A stretch of 63,676 nt of DNA, counting the filler, from Dugesia japonica (lineage: Eukaryota): the NCBI GenBank assembly GCA_001938525.1. It is 5 parts of 5 records of this genome, joined end to end, with 100 filler letters (N's around TTAATTAATTAA, not from the genome) between each part and the next. Parts side by side here need not be neighbours in the genome. Positions count along the whole stretch, not along the records: positions 30,959 to 50,220 come from MQRL01634142.1; positions 50,321 to 63,676 come from MQRL01638754.1; 3 more parts are not named here. One strand, 5' to 3'. The position numbers and the translations under genes were made by a program. Of the stretch, positions 39,180 to 52,400 are shown one piece after another (within the stretch, counting starts at the first letter, position 1; the number at the start of each line of letters is the position of its first letter). The notes beneath the pieces were generated by a model. That model was not told where the DNA came from. It saw only the letters and a program-made list of their open reading frames with translations, and searched no databases.

Positions 39180-40520
39180 CTATATAAAATCACTAGATTT
39201 ATATGATAAACCCAAAAGGTTCTTATAATACACATTAAGATCTATAAAGTCATATAATACACACAATAAACCTAATTAAATTATCTAATTCACACATTAA
39301 ACTCAATGATGTCATATAATTTACACAATAAAATCACTTAAATAAACATATTAAACCTAATGCATACAAATAAATACATGCAATAAACCCTATATAGTTC
39401 TATAATACATGCAAGAAACTTAATAAAGATATATAATACACACAATAAACCCCATGTGATCAAACAATACACAGACAACATGTATGTATACATATAATAC
39501 ACAAAATTAACTAATAGAGTCATTAAATGCACAAAATTAACTCAATTGAACTAGTTAAATTGACATAATAAACTCCATAATTTCAGTTAAATACGCAAAT
39601 GAAACCTAATATAGTTATATAATACTTATAATATACCCTATATATTCATATAATACGCATAATAAACTCAATATAGTCATATTATATACGCACAAATACC
39701 ACAATAAAGTCACTTAAATACATACAAAAAACCTAATACAGTGTTATATACAAGAAACCAATAGATTCATTTACACACATGAAATCAATGGGTATTATAC
39801 ACATAATAAACTCAAAAGAGTCTTATACACAGGGAACCAATGATTTTTATACACATAAAACCAATGAGTCTTATACACAGAAAACTAATGTGTATTATGC
39901 ACAGTATAAATCTAATGGGTAGAATACACACTATAAACCCTATAGACTTATACAATACACACACTAAAACCAATAGAGTTTCTTAATTACATACAATAAT
40001 TTATATAGAGTAATAACTACATAAGTAAAAAAAATTAAATATTTTCAAAATTACGAAAATAAACTAAGGCGTAGATCAAAAATGTTAAAATAACAAAAAC
40101 TTTTCAAAAAACGTTTTTGTTATTTTAACATTTTTGATCTACGCCTTAGTTTATTTTCGTAATTTTGAAAATATTTAATTTTTTTATTTCACAAATTAAC
40201 GGTTAAAAATTTTTAAAAAGTGAATAATTACACGAAGTGTAATTTTTAAAATAAACAAAATACAAAATGAACTTAATATTATCGTATAATACACAGAATT
40301 AACTCAAAATAGTCATATAATACATACAATAAACCTAATAATTTCATAAATTACACTCGCAATAAACCTAATAACATTAAATACACATAAATCCCTCAAT
40401 TGAACTAGATAAAAGATACACTAAACCCTATACATACAGGTAAATATATCCAATGAACTTATTATATACGATTAAATACCTTAAATAAACTCAATAAACC
40501 TATATAAGCTACACATAATA
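39180..40520. repeat. Degenerate ~30-bp tandem array (CATATAATACACAATAAACC-like)
   Basis: Recurring TATAATACAC / AATAAACC / ATAGAGTC motifs at roughly 30-bp periodicity. Confidence 0.55.
40028..40185. repeat. Perfect 73-bp inverted repeat with a 12-nt loop
   Basis: 40028-40100 is the exact reverse complement of 40113-40185. Confidence 0.92.
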
Positions 40521-42235
40521 CATCAAATATACTCATCAAAATATACTCATTCATTTAAAATAATATTAAAGTCAACCTGGGGATTTTTAAAATTTTATAC
40601 ATATTAATCCATCTGTACATCATAATTACATGTTAAGCAACGAAAATGTAAGATAAACAAAGAGCTGATATAAACTTAACAACTGATTAGTAATGGATTT
40701 TTGTAATATTATAGACAATATGATTGAACATTTAACTAAATCAGTTCAAGGTAATAATAACTTATATCAATCTAAATATATATTTAATAGTAGATGATTT
40801 TCCAGAAAATTATGTAGAGATAGATGAAATAGATGCAACATTAAAGGAAGAAATGAACAATTCTCGACCCAATGATGATATCATTACCGATAAAATGATT
40901 TAAGCACAACTAAATAATGTCATCATTGATGAGGAAATAAATAATATGCATCCGAATGATGATATTTCTGATGGAGTAATGCTTGACACAAGTACAAAAA
41001 AGGATATGATTGGTGAGGAAATGACTGATTCATAGTTCAATGAGGAAATAAATGATAAAGAAAAGTCTGATGAAGACATATTGATTAAATTTTTAAATGT
41101 ATTATAAAGAAATTTTGAGTGATTTAAAAATAATTTTCTCATAATTATCTTTTGTGTGTGTTATCTTACATAGATATTTCAAATTAGATGTTGTTAAAAT
41201 ATTTCCAAAATTACATAGAAGTCATTGCAATTTTAATAAATTACATAGAAGTCATTGAAATATTTATTAAATTACATAAGTCTACAAAATATTTATAAAT
41301 TACAGAAGTCCCACCAAAAAATTTCTTTGTTCAACTTTGTATTTTTAGAGTCTAAATTGTATCGAAACAATAAACTTGTTGATGCTACTCATGGTCTTAA
41401 TGTGAAAAAAATTCGATGACATCCGAAAAAAATCGATAAATTAAAAACAAACATCGATGACCTTCCAAAAAAAATTTTTCATGAAAAAGGAAAAAAATTA
41501 AAAAAAAATTCTTTCCGAGGGGTGTGATTTATAAAAAGGATGAGTTCTAATCATTGATGAGTCATACCAATGGGTCATTGATGAGTCATTGCCTTTATTT
41601 GAGTCATTGGTGAGTCTTACTTATGACTCATTGTCCTTGATATACATGTTCTTTTTCTGGGGGAAAGAGGGGTGACTCAGTGCGCTACTATCTCATTAGA
41701 TCTTTAATCGCAATTTTATTGGGGAATGAATTATTTTACGATACAGGTTCATGAGACAATCCTATCTTACTTTTTAAATTTCCTTCTTATCGTTTAAACA
41801 AAAAAAAAAATTTTTAAAAATTGAAACATTAAAACAAACAATATTAATTTTGCGCGGGAAAATTAAATATAAAGTCAGCGCGCGAAAGTCTTGCCAGATG
41901 AGAGTTGACATTGATCTACAAATGGTTGTAATAGTAATTATCTTGTTCTATATTTCTTCGACTTTGAAATAATCCGCTAATTAAAATTGAGTATCCTAGA
42001 TCAATTTGACCTTGAAATGTTCCACGAATCAGAATCAAGTATACTGGATCACTGACCTTAGAAATTTGATCTTGAATTATTTTAGCCAATGAAAATGAAT
42101 TATACAAGATCAATGACCTTGAAAATTTTGGACCTTCAATTGGGGGGGGGGTTGTTCCAGTGCGATACTATCTACCTAATAATAATGTTAGTTGTGATTT
42201 GGAAAATGAATTACCAATTTAAGGTCTACCTAACA

Positions 42236-42294
<59 letters not shown>

Positions 42295-42363
42295 NNNNNN
42301 NNNNNNNNNNNNNNNNNNNNNNNNNNNNNNNNNNNNNNNNNNNNNNNNNNNNTATTATTATTA
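42236..42363. repeat. (ATT)n microsatellite spanning a gap
   Basis: Read directly from the sequence. Confidence 0.95.
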
Positions 42364-42520
42364 TAAGGTTTACATTACAAACAGATCACAATAATGTTTA
42401 TGATGAATACAAAACACCAATTTCTCCTCATTTACGGACATGGATTAATTATTTAAGGAGTCTGTATATAGATCTGAAATATAGAAAAGGTGAGTTACTT
42501 AGCACTAGACATACCAACAC

Positions 42521-44607
42521 TTAATAAATACCTATTTGCACCATAGCCGGTCAAATGACTGGATTTTATGTTTCCTGATTGAATGTGTGAAATATGGATG
42601 TTAGGAAGGAAATAAAAATAAAAATTAACTTTATTATAATTAAACAAAATTGTATATTATCGATATCTATTACAAACGCAAAGCATAAGAATTTTTAATT
42701 CATTTCTCATCGCATTTTTTACATTTACATAGTGTCTCCATTGTACATTTTCCTCAAACATATTTTTCACATTTAGAACAAATTTTGTTGGTTTTATTTT
42801 CGTTACAATATCCTATTTGACACATTTTACGTTGATAAGCATCTGTAGTAGACTAAGGCAAAGATCGTTTCGTATTTGTTCTTTTTTTTGGATGTTCACG
42901 GGCTTCTCGAAAATCGGTGCCAAGTTCTACTGCTACCTTGAGTAAAATATCTTGTCACGAGATATTTTCTCCTGTCGTTTACTTGTACAAAATCCAGGCA
43001 TTTATGCCAGCTAAATCAATTATTTTGAAAAAATAATTGGAGAGACCATCTGCAAGACTTAGATTTTGTAGTAAATTTCTTCGCCATTTGATCAGTAATG
43101 TCTATGAAACGGTCTCAGGTAAACGCTTATTATTGTTTTCTACTGTTACAAATTTATGTTTAGAACTAATTAAAAGTACGCTTTTTTGGCTTACTTTTAT
43201 AGATTGTAAAATTATCTCTTATGAAAAGTTTTGATGAAAAGCGTTCCATATCATCTTTCTTTTGCTTCGCAATTATTGGTAATTCCCTTTTATTTGACTA
43301 GATAGTTCCAACTAACGTAGTGTTTTTTCTAGCAGTTGTGTTGCTAAGGATTTGCTTGTGAAGAAGTTGTCTGTGGTTACAGTTCTTCCGCAACCCGTAA
43401 ATGGTTCCATGAGTTTGAGTACAACATATTTAGACTGTTGTACTGAAGAGGGTCTATTTTCATCTTTTCCTAGATATAGAAGTGCATTTATGATGTATTT
43501 GCTATCGACGTCCGATGCTAACTAAAGTTGGATTCCAAATTTATCAGGCTTGTTAGGCATGTATTGCGTAAATTTACATCTTGCTTTAGTCAGAAATAGC
43601 TGTTCGTCTACATTTATAATACCAACCGGTTTGTAACAGTTTTGGCTGTTCTCCATGAATGTATTCCAAATGGTAGATAGCATAGTGAATTTTTTTGTCT
43701 TCAAACTTTGGCTCCGCTCACTATTTTTATTAAACCGGATAAATTAAAGTATTTCTGTAAAATTATTTCTGCTCATAGTTTCTGTTAAATATTTAGGCCC
43801 CCATATGGTTTTCCACAAAAAAGAAACTTTCAAATTATTTGCTTCATATGTAGCTCGTGCATATAAAATTGCAATAAATGCATCTAATTTCTCTTGAGAT
43901 AAACTCTAATCGGTTCCTAACACTCTCTTTGCTTCTTCTAATGTGCATTTTCTTATATGGTTCATAACACGGTGATCAACTCTCAACTAAAATGCAGTCC
44001 TAACTTTACCTTTCATAATATGATGACTTGCATATCCTGTTGGGTCTACTTCTTGCCTGAAAATGTTATGAGGTAGTGATCTTCCAGGTGTACCATCTAT
44101 TTGTATTTCTTTTCAAACGGATCCATCATTCGCAACATGTTGTTCATTTTTTGTATATCTCTTCTTCAGAACTTTAGAGTAATTTTTATCCACGACATAT
44201 ATTCACAAATGTTTTCCCTCTACATTGTCAGTATCTGTACATTTAAACTCATTATCATTTCCAACCAGTATATCTTCATTTTCCGAAAATTCATCTTCAT
44301 CAATTTCCGAAAACTCTTCGCCTATATTATTTATATCTTCTAAGAACTTGTACTGTTTTGATTTTGTCGACATTTTTCTGGGTAAAAAGTGACCTGTATT
44401 ACTAATGGGGTAAAGCTATTAAAATAAGATACATTCTACTTACCAAAACTTTCAATTTTTATTACCTTTTCCTACACTAAAATGCTACTTTCAATCGAAA
44501 ATGTTGATACTTTCTTGAAATTTTAATTTACAGCTATTTTGAAAAAATGCAGAAAAAATGTTTTTTCGGTCCAATGACCGGTTGTGGTAGATAACAGTAT
44601 TACTTAA
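42521..44607 (-). mobile_element. Decayed piggyBac transposon
   Basis: INVDEQLFLTKARCKFTQYMPNKPDKFG, GRTVTTDNFFTS, DITDQMA and a C-terminal Cys-rich CQIGYC..CSKC. Imperfect TIRs ATACCTATTTGCACCATAGCCGGTCAAATGAC / GTCCAATGACCGGTTGTGGTAGATAACAGTAT, with TTAA at 42521 and 44604. Confidence 0.88.
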
Positions 44608-44659
44608 AATAAATAAAAAACAAAAAATAATAAAAATAGAATATTAACTGTATATAATT

Positions 44660-47330
44660 AATAGAAAAAGTCATGAAGTCAAATGTGCAATAGCGATAAG
44701 ATGATAAGGGCATTTTCCATGCAAAAGTTCAAAACCGGTCATTTGAATTTTAAGTGGGACGGAATCCAGAAAGAAGATGCAAAAAAGTGGTTTGTAGACA
44801 CTTTTACAATAAACAAATCTTTCACGGAAATTATAATGGAGCTTGCAACAGTTAAACAAGAATCAGAAGAGAGATTTGCAACATTTGAGATACGAGTACG
44901 AAATTTAGTTAACTGTTTATTGAATTCTATGTTAAGTCATGACGGAATTGTAAATGATTTGCTGACAAAGAAAGTCAGAAATCAATATTTGCGAGAGACG
45001 CTTTCAATAAAACTAGAAATGAAAGTTTCCGAGATGAGATCTCTGGCAAAAATATGTGAAGATAAAGAACATTTCCAACGCGTCGCTGTTAATGAAAATA
45101 TTTACGCAATCCAGAGAAAAAGTTATTAAAATGTATTAAAAGGAGACCGAAGTAGTCATGATAGATGAGTTCAAAACCTGCCGTCAATTAATTTTAAAAC
45201 CAATAATAATGTAAGATATGAAAAACCAAAAATTGAAATGTCAGCGTATCAGAGAAAATACAATGAGAGGATGTCACAACAGAGAACAGAACACATAGTT
45301 TAAGTAGGAAATCGACAGTTTCGATGAAACATATTGTAAGATGTCATTTTAACAGATGTAAAAGATTACCTAAATCACGAGAAGAAAGATTACGAGAAGT
45401 ACAATGTTATTGTTTCGGAGAACATGGACCTAGGCGATATCAATTTCTATTAAAAGATAAATTTTTGATATGTGGAAAAGATGGACAAAATTTCCAACAA
45501 TGCTATCTTGTGCAAGGTCGATCTAATAGCGGAAATATTAAAATTCTTTGCGTCCAAGAGGAACAAAAGGTACAATCTGACGATGATGAAAGCTTTGAAA
45601 TGCATAATATTGTCAAAGAAAAAATCCAGAATAACTCCGTTGCATACATTTCGTCAACGGAGTTAGTTTAAGAAGGGATAACCCGAATCGAAATAATGAA
45701 GACAGAAGAGAGATCTATGAAAAAGTGGACGGAAGGGAATGGAGCAGAGTAGACGTGAATGGAGTAAAATTGGAAATGTTTTGGGATTCGGGAGCATCAA
45801 TTACAGTTATGAGCGAAGAGTACTTGTTGAAGGTAGGAAAATCCTCCTTAATATGTTGCAACGTCATATTAAATAGGGTATTTTCGAGCAATGGAGAGAA
45901 GCTGTTGGATGTGTAGAACTGAGCGCTAAATGGAATAATAAAGTGATAGTTATTAAAATAATGATAGTTAAAAAGATACGAACACAATTTATTGGTGAGA
46001 TAGATGCAATGAAAATTTTTGAAATAAAAATGACAGAAGTTAATAACATTGAAACTGAATGTTTGGGAAGAAACCACTCAAACGATGATAGAAAGAATTA
46101 CGCATTAAATGTCTTCAAAAAAACCAATAGCAAAGATCTAAATTATCTAATTTCGAAGTTTGGCGAAATATTCATGGCGTCTAAGTTTAATATAGGACAT
46201 ACAAAACAAGTAATACACGAAACAAAAGTATTTAGAGATCCAATTTGTCAACATCCCCGAGACAACCGATGCACTTGGAAAAGAAGATTGACGAAATGAT
46301 ACTGAATTTTATAAGTATTTGGGGTAATTAGCAAATGTAAAAGTCAGTGGAATTTACCTTTAGTAATTGTTGGAAAAAAGATGGTTCGTTAAAAGAAACA
46401 ATAGGTATAAAGAAGTATAGTTTGAGAGGGATTTATCAAGATTAATATTATTAAAGTGATCTTTAAATATTTTATTTAAAATTTTGAATACCCATGGGAG
46501 ATACATTGAGATTGCGGTAGAACATGAATCAAAAGCGATGAAAGATTTTGCGAAAGAGTTAAATATTAAATTATTTACACCCATTCCTTACCATTCTAAG
46601 ACGAATGGGATAATTGAAAGACAATCTGGTATGATGTGAGATTGGATTAATGCTTTGTTTGCGGGATGGAGGAAGTACTGATTGTGAAATTATTTTGCCA
46701 GAAGTAGAATTGCCCTTAAATGCGACAAATCAGAAATCTACTCAGAAAAGTCCCACAGAGATGGTTTTCGGTTGAAAATTGAGTAGAGAACGTTGCTATT
46801 CATTAGAAGGAAAAAGAAGTGAAGGGATATAAGAGAGATTACAGTTACAACAAAGAGACAATTCAAATTTAGAGAGCAAGTGTTGATAAAAGTGGAGAAG
46901 CGAGATAAAAATCAAGATAGAGCCATAAAAATTCCTGAAAAAGTTTATAATAGGTGGTATATTTTGGTAGAAAAGAACAGAAAATGTTTAGAAAGTACTA
47001 ATGATAATGTGGAAAAGCTTAAAAAATTCTTAAAAGAGGGGGAGGCGAGGAATAAGTTATTTGAGAAAATTTTCATGTTTGGTTGCATTTCTTTTATGTT
47101 AGATGTTTATAAGAACTTTTGACATTTTGTGCTTTTGTTTTAATATTCTATTTGTATATTGTTAGTTGGAGTTTTTGTTTAATAAGTAAGATATGTTTAC
47201 TTTGGAATTTGTGTTACAAAGTCTCTGTAAATTTTATTGTAAACTTTTTATAATTTTTTTTATTAATACTGTGTAAAATTGTAAAATTTTCAGAGTTGTT
47301 CAATTATAATGATCATTGTGATCATAACAT
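44660..47330 (+). mobile_element. Internally deleted Gypsy LTR retrotransposon (gag, protease, RT start, integrase end, PPT, probable 3' LTR)
   Basis: Gag 44683-45129, knuckle remnants at 45400-45510, protease MFWDSGAS, RT start at ~46300-46370 joined to integrase PYHSKTNGIIER, polypurine tract AAAAGAGGGGGAGG at 47032-47045. Confidence 0.8.
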
Positions 47331-48674
47331 GAATGACTCGTGCCTTTGGATAAAGCTTCTTTGTCTAGATGGTGGTGGCCTAGTGCGCTCATATTTACCT
47401 ATTATGTTGAACTAAAAATCGCTTTTATCAAATTGGAAATCTTTTTCGGCACTAATCGATTCGGCAAGGTTTATGTAGTTTTTATTTGTTTATCTAAAAA
47501 TATGAGTTTCAAATCGATATCTTTAAACTGGTAGCTATAGATCGTTTCTTTAATTTTTAATAACTTTTTATCCCCTTGTCCGTTGAAAATTTAACCACAG
47601 TAAATTGTTTGTTTTTTTATGGCGCATCTAAATTTTAAAATATTTTAAAAAAATTTAAAGCATTAAAACAAAATATTTGACTTTGACCCTACTAATGATT
47701 GTTATGGAAATTAAATTGACCTTCATTCATTTGACCCTTAAATGTTTGGAGTATATTAGATCCCTTTGGCTTTGAAAATTAAACTTTGAAATTTTCATAA
47801 AATTAGAATTGAGTATAAAAGATCAGTAACCTTGAAAATTTTGATCTTGACGTGTAGGGGATCCAGTTCGCCAGTATCTATCTACTACTATAAAGCCGGA
47901 ATTCGTCGACACTGAACAAGAATCTTCAGTCGCTAATAATTTCTCCACAAGGAAATGGTTTCGTTTATAGGATTAGTAACTTGTTTTTCTGAAATATCAT
48001 TTTAAATAAATTATAACGAAAATTTAAAATATATAAATTTTCGGTTCATTATTTGTACATTTTAATTAAAATTAAATTAAAGCTCGAAAGCCCAGAAGAA
48101 ATATCGGGCTTGGGCTGGGCTTCAAACTTTTAGGCTTTTGCAAACCCTAGTGTTTTGTGATTAATATAAATTATTTGTTGATATTAAAAAGTTGTTTTAC
48201 TGAATTTGATTGGAATTCTGATGAAAGAATTATTATTTTTATGGATTGTAAATGAAAACATGAAGATATCATTGGATAATAAATTTTATGATTTATGTTA
48301 AATATATATATATTTATTTTATTGTGCAACAATTATCTGATCTATTATTTGATCTATTTCGAGTTTATGTTCAATTCCGTATTCCTATTTAATGATTTAT
48401 GTTTTGTTTCAATTTTAGCTATTTTACAGTATATGTGTTATATGAGAAAGTTATGTTGAACCGAGCTAGTGACAGATGTAAAGTTTGTAATGGGAGTCGA
48501 TATAAAAATAATTACGTCATAATCGACTATAATTGACTAGGAATTATATTTTTTGTTTAAATAAAGTGAAATTATTGATTTTTGTTTAAATTTATTAAAA
48601 TTAATATTTGTTAATTAATTTTCACTTAAATCTGTAGAAAAGTTCATTTTGTTTAAATATTTTTTTATAAAAAT

Positions 48675-48996
48675 AAAATTAAATATTTTCAAAATTACGA
48701 AAGTAAACTGAGGCTTAGATTAACAAATGTTTTTTTAATTTACATAAGGGATTACATAATTTCTTAAAAATTTCCAAAATTTAATATTTTTTGACCAAAG
48801 TTTTCAATTTTATCTTCTTCAGGAGTTGTGATTAAATAAAATGAATAAATCAATTACAATTTCTGAAAAAGATTAAATAAAACATTTGGGTAAAAAATTA
48901 ATTTTTCTAAATTTTTAACTCAAATAAAAATTAAAAAGAAATATTTTTTGATCTAAGCCTTAGTTTAGTTTCTTAATTTTGAAAATATTTAATTTT
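48675..48996. mobile_element. MITE/foldback-like repeat with ~55-bp inverted arms, same family as 40028-40185
   Basis: AAAATTAAATATTTTCAAAATTACGAAAGTAAACTGAGGCTTAGAT...ATCTAAGCCTTAGTTTAGTTTCTTAATTTTGAAAATATTTAATTTT. Confidence 0.65.
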
Positions 48997-49371
48997 GTTA
49001 TTCAGAGATCAATGTTTAAAAATATTTAAAAACTGACTAATTACCAACAGGGTAACCTTCACAATAAACAAAAAAATTTTGACAAATAATTCAAATTTTA
49101 ATGTGAATTCGGGTGAATAACCCAAATTTTAATAAATTATTCAAAAATAATTTTTAATACAAAAACTGTTGAAAATTTGATGGATTATTTATTGTTTTTT
49201 GAATATTTTTCATAGATTTTTAGAAAAAAAAAGTATTTCAAATTTTATCATCAATCCATCTATTCAATAGAGAATTTTATGTCGAGTAAGATTAACAAGT
49301 GTAAAAACCGCTAAAACGTAATTCTGAGTAAATATTTAAGTTTAATTTTTATTAGTATTAAATATTTTTAC

Positions 49372-49474
49372 AGTAGATAAATAGATCCTAAATTACTAAA
49401 CTAAAATTTCATATCAAATTTCTAAAGCACTTTGTCGGTGGGGATGTGGTTTAGTACTCCACTATCTATCTACT
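49372..49474. mobile_element. 103-bp miniature element with Polinton-type ends and a near-perfect 6-bp TSD
   Basis: Begins AGTAGATAAATAG and ends CTATCTATCTACT; flanks TTTTAC (49366-49371) and TTTGAC (49475-49480). Confidence 0.6.
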
Positions 49475-52400
49475 TTTGACAATATTTTTATCATATTTAT
49501 TTCGACTTTTCTATAAAAAATTGTTTTTAACTATTTCTTATTTACTTTTTCATACTAACATCTAAATATCTGCGTGAGTAGTTGTTTTTAATCGTTATAT
49601 AGCTTTTACTAAATCCGGTTATAGCTTCTCTATGGATCCGTCCTTGAAACAAGCAGCGTCTTCTGAGACAGTGTTGGAACAAACATGGTGTAGATATCTT
49701 TGCAATCTTGTGCGCAGAAGAAATACAAATGTCTGCGCTAAGTTGATATAATTGTAATTGAAGATCATAGTAAAAGACACAAATTTTAAAAATGTATAAA
49801 GACTATAAAAACAATCATAACAAAATTAACGATTTACTATTGTAACAAGATTTATTAATTACGTGAAATTACAAACCAAATAAAATTTACTGTTATGTTT
49901 ATAGGGAGAGGTTAGAATATATATAAATAACACCAGTTTATCGAGGATAGATTACTTAGTTGGAAGCACTTTTGATCGAGATGTGTAAATGGTTGTATTA
50001 TGATTTTAAAAGATTCCAGAAATTGCCTAAGGTTGCCAGGAATATATTTTTTTAGTTGTTTATACATTTGCAGATTTTTGTGAGTTGAGTATTTCTTTTG
50101 AAAATGTTCTTTTTTAAGTTTTTAAATTTCGTTCTTTCGTATTTGGTTGCTAGAATTTATACTTTCTTTTTATATTATTTATATTTACTATATAACATAA
50201 TAATTATGATACATACATACNNNNNNNNNNNNNNNNNNNNNNNNNNNNNNNNNNNNNNNNNNNNTTAATTAATTAANNNNNNNNNNNNNNNNNNNNNNNN
50301 NNNNNNNNNNNNNNNNNNNNATTAATTTTAGAAATTATAAAATAATAATAACAATAACAACAAAAATAATTATTGTAACAGACCCGATCCGATTTCCAGC
50401 CAAAATTGTTGGCATAGTTTTTAGTCCGATTAATTAAAAAAAAATTCATAATTTTAATTATAATTATAACTATCGTATTTTAGCCCAACAAAATACTGGG
50501 GGCTTCAAAAAAATTCCGTCCCAGAATTCTTATTACGAAACATGCGTTTTATTGCTTTCAAATCATTCTATCGCAACTCCAAACTACTCTAATTCGTCTT
50601 TCTTGCTTTTTTTATTCTGAGTGAACTCTTTCATATTTTCACTCTCTCTCTCTCAATGCCTCTCACTTTACATTTTCCTTTTATATTGTGCAGTTGTGTT
50701 CTTTTCTCTTTTATTTACTCTCCATTTTGTCATTTTATTTACTAACTTTATTTCATGCCATATCTCTATTACTTTTATTTTCTGTTTTCTCCTATTTTTA
50801 TCATTTGCCCATTATCCATTTTTCTAGCTTTCATCTACCACCACTTCCAAGTCAGCAGATTCCTTTACAGGCAAGATTGCTGATAGGTCAAAACTAAAAC
50901 AGAAAAGAAAAGAAAAAAAAATATCAATCATTTGTACATAAATTTTAATTCTACTACATTTATACATTGTTAAACACCTTCAAAAAAAATTGTCAATTCA
51001 ATCAAATTGTTTATGAGTTCACTGTCAGGATCACAATAAAATTAATAAAGTATAATAAAAGTTACTTCGTTCATTGTTTGTTGGATCTGGGTTGGGCTGA
51101 AACATCGAATTGGATTATAGAGTCGGTTGATTATTAAACTATATAAACATCTGTGAATTGTATATCAAATGCAGATCAAAACTGCAAACAGAAAGATAAA
51201 TAGTCTAATTCGCAGCATAGAACTGCTTGAAAAGTGTTCTGATTTGCAGCAAAGAACTGCTTATGAATCATATCAGTCACATAGCATCGACGGTAAGTAT
51301 ATAAGTCAGTCAAATCGTACCTTGAATCGGGCTGCTTTGAACTGTTGGATTGGTTTGGGTTGTTGGATTGAACTAGATCGCCGATCATTATTGTATTGTA
51401 TTAACTGGTTTACTTCGGTCTAAAGAGATAATTAAGTATCAACACTCGGAAATTTTGGTGAATAATAAGTTGTTAACAAACAAAGCGCACAACTGACGAA
51501 ACGCAAATAAATGATACGTCTGAAGAGCAGTGTAGAACTGCATAAACGAATTTATAGGACTAATTGTCAGTATAGAACGGCCGCAATGGAATAAAATTTT
51601 CAATTTGTATTACAAAATTGTTAAAGGACGATGCAGCTTAGGATTACTAGTAAGGATTCTGATAGAACTACTGAATGTAGAATGTCAGAATCGCAGCATA
51701 AATCTGCAATAATAGTCTTAAATTCACGAGAATTGTGTGAGGAGTATTTAATGTCAGATAACAGGATACATCGTCATATTTACACAACACTTGGGGTTCA
51801 TACTAGGACTCGGCCTCGCTCATAGGCCCCAAAATTTAGCTTCGTTGGCCATCGAATATGGGCATATACCGATTTCCGCTTGTCTCTTCGCATCTCTTCT
51901 GAAATGAAAGTCCTTCCTGATGTCAGATGAACTCGTAAGAATTTGTGGTGGAGTATGTAATAGAGTTCGTCCGCCTATCCTCTCTCTATTGGACAGCGGT
52001 TCTCGATAACATTCCATCGAATTTACGCCTGGCAAGGCTCACAACACTTTTCTCTCAACCTTTGATTTTATATTAGTAACTGCGGAACAGTATTTTGAAA
52101 ATTCTGCATAACCCATTCATCATCGTCTCGTTTAATCTTCAACTTTTCCTTTTCGATCTCCAGTTGTTCTTTTTCTTTATTCAACTGTTTAACTTTTTCA
52201 GAATATATCTGCTGACTCTCTAGCCTGATTACTCTTTTCTAGTGCTTTCTTTACTACCCGCAACTTTTCTTTGTGCCATTTTAATTCAGTCAATATTTCA
52301 CCAATCTCCTTTTGATGCGTTCTATGTTTCTCCTCTCATCTGATTTTCTACGGTGATTGATAGAATTAAATCATAATTTAATTTTAACAAAACAAAATAA

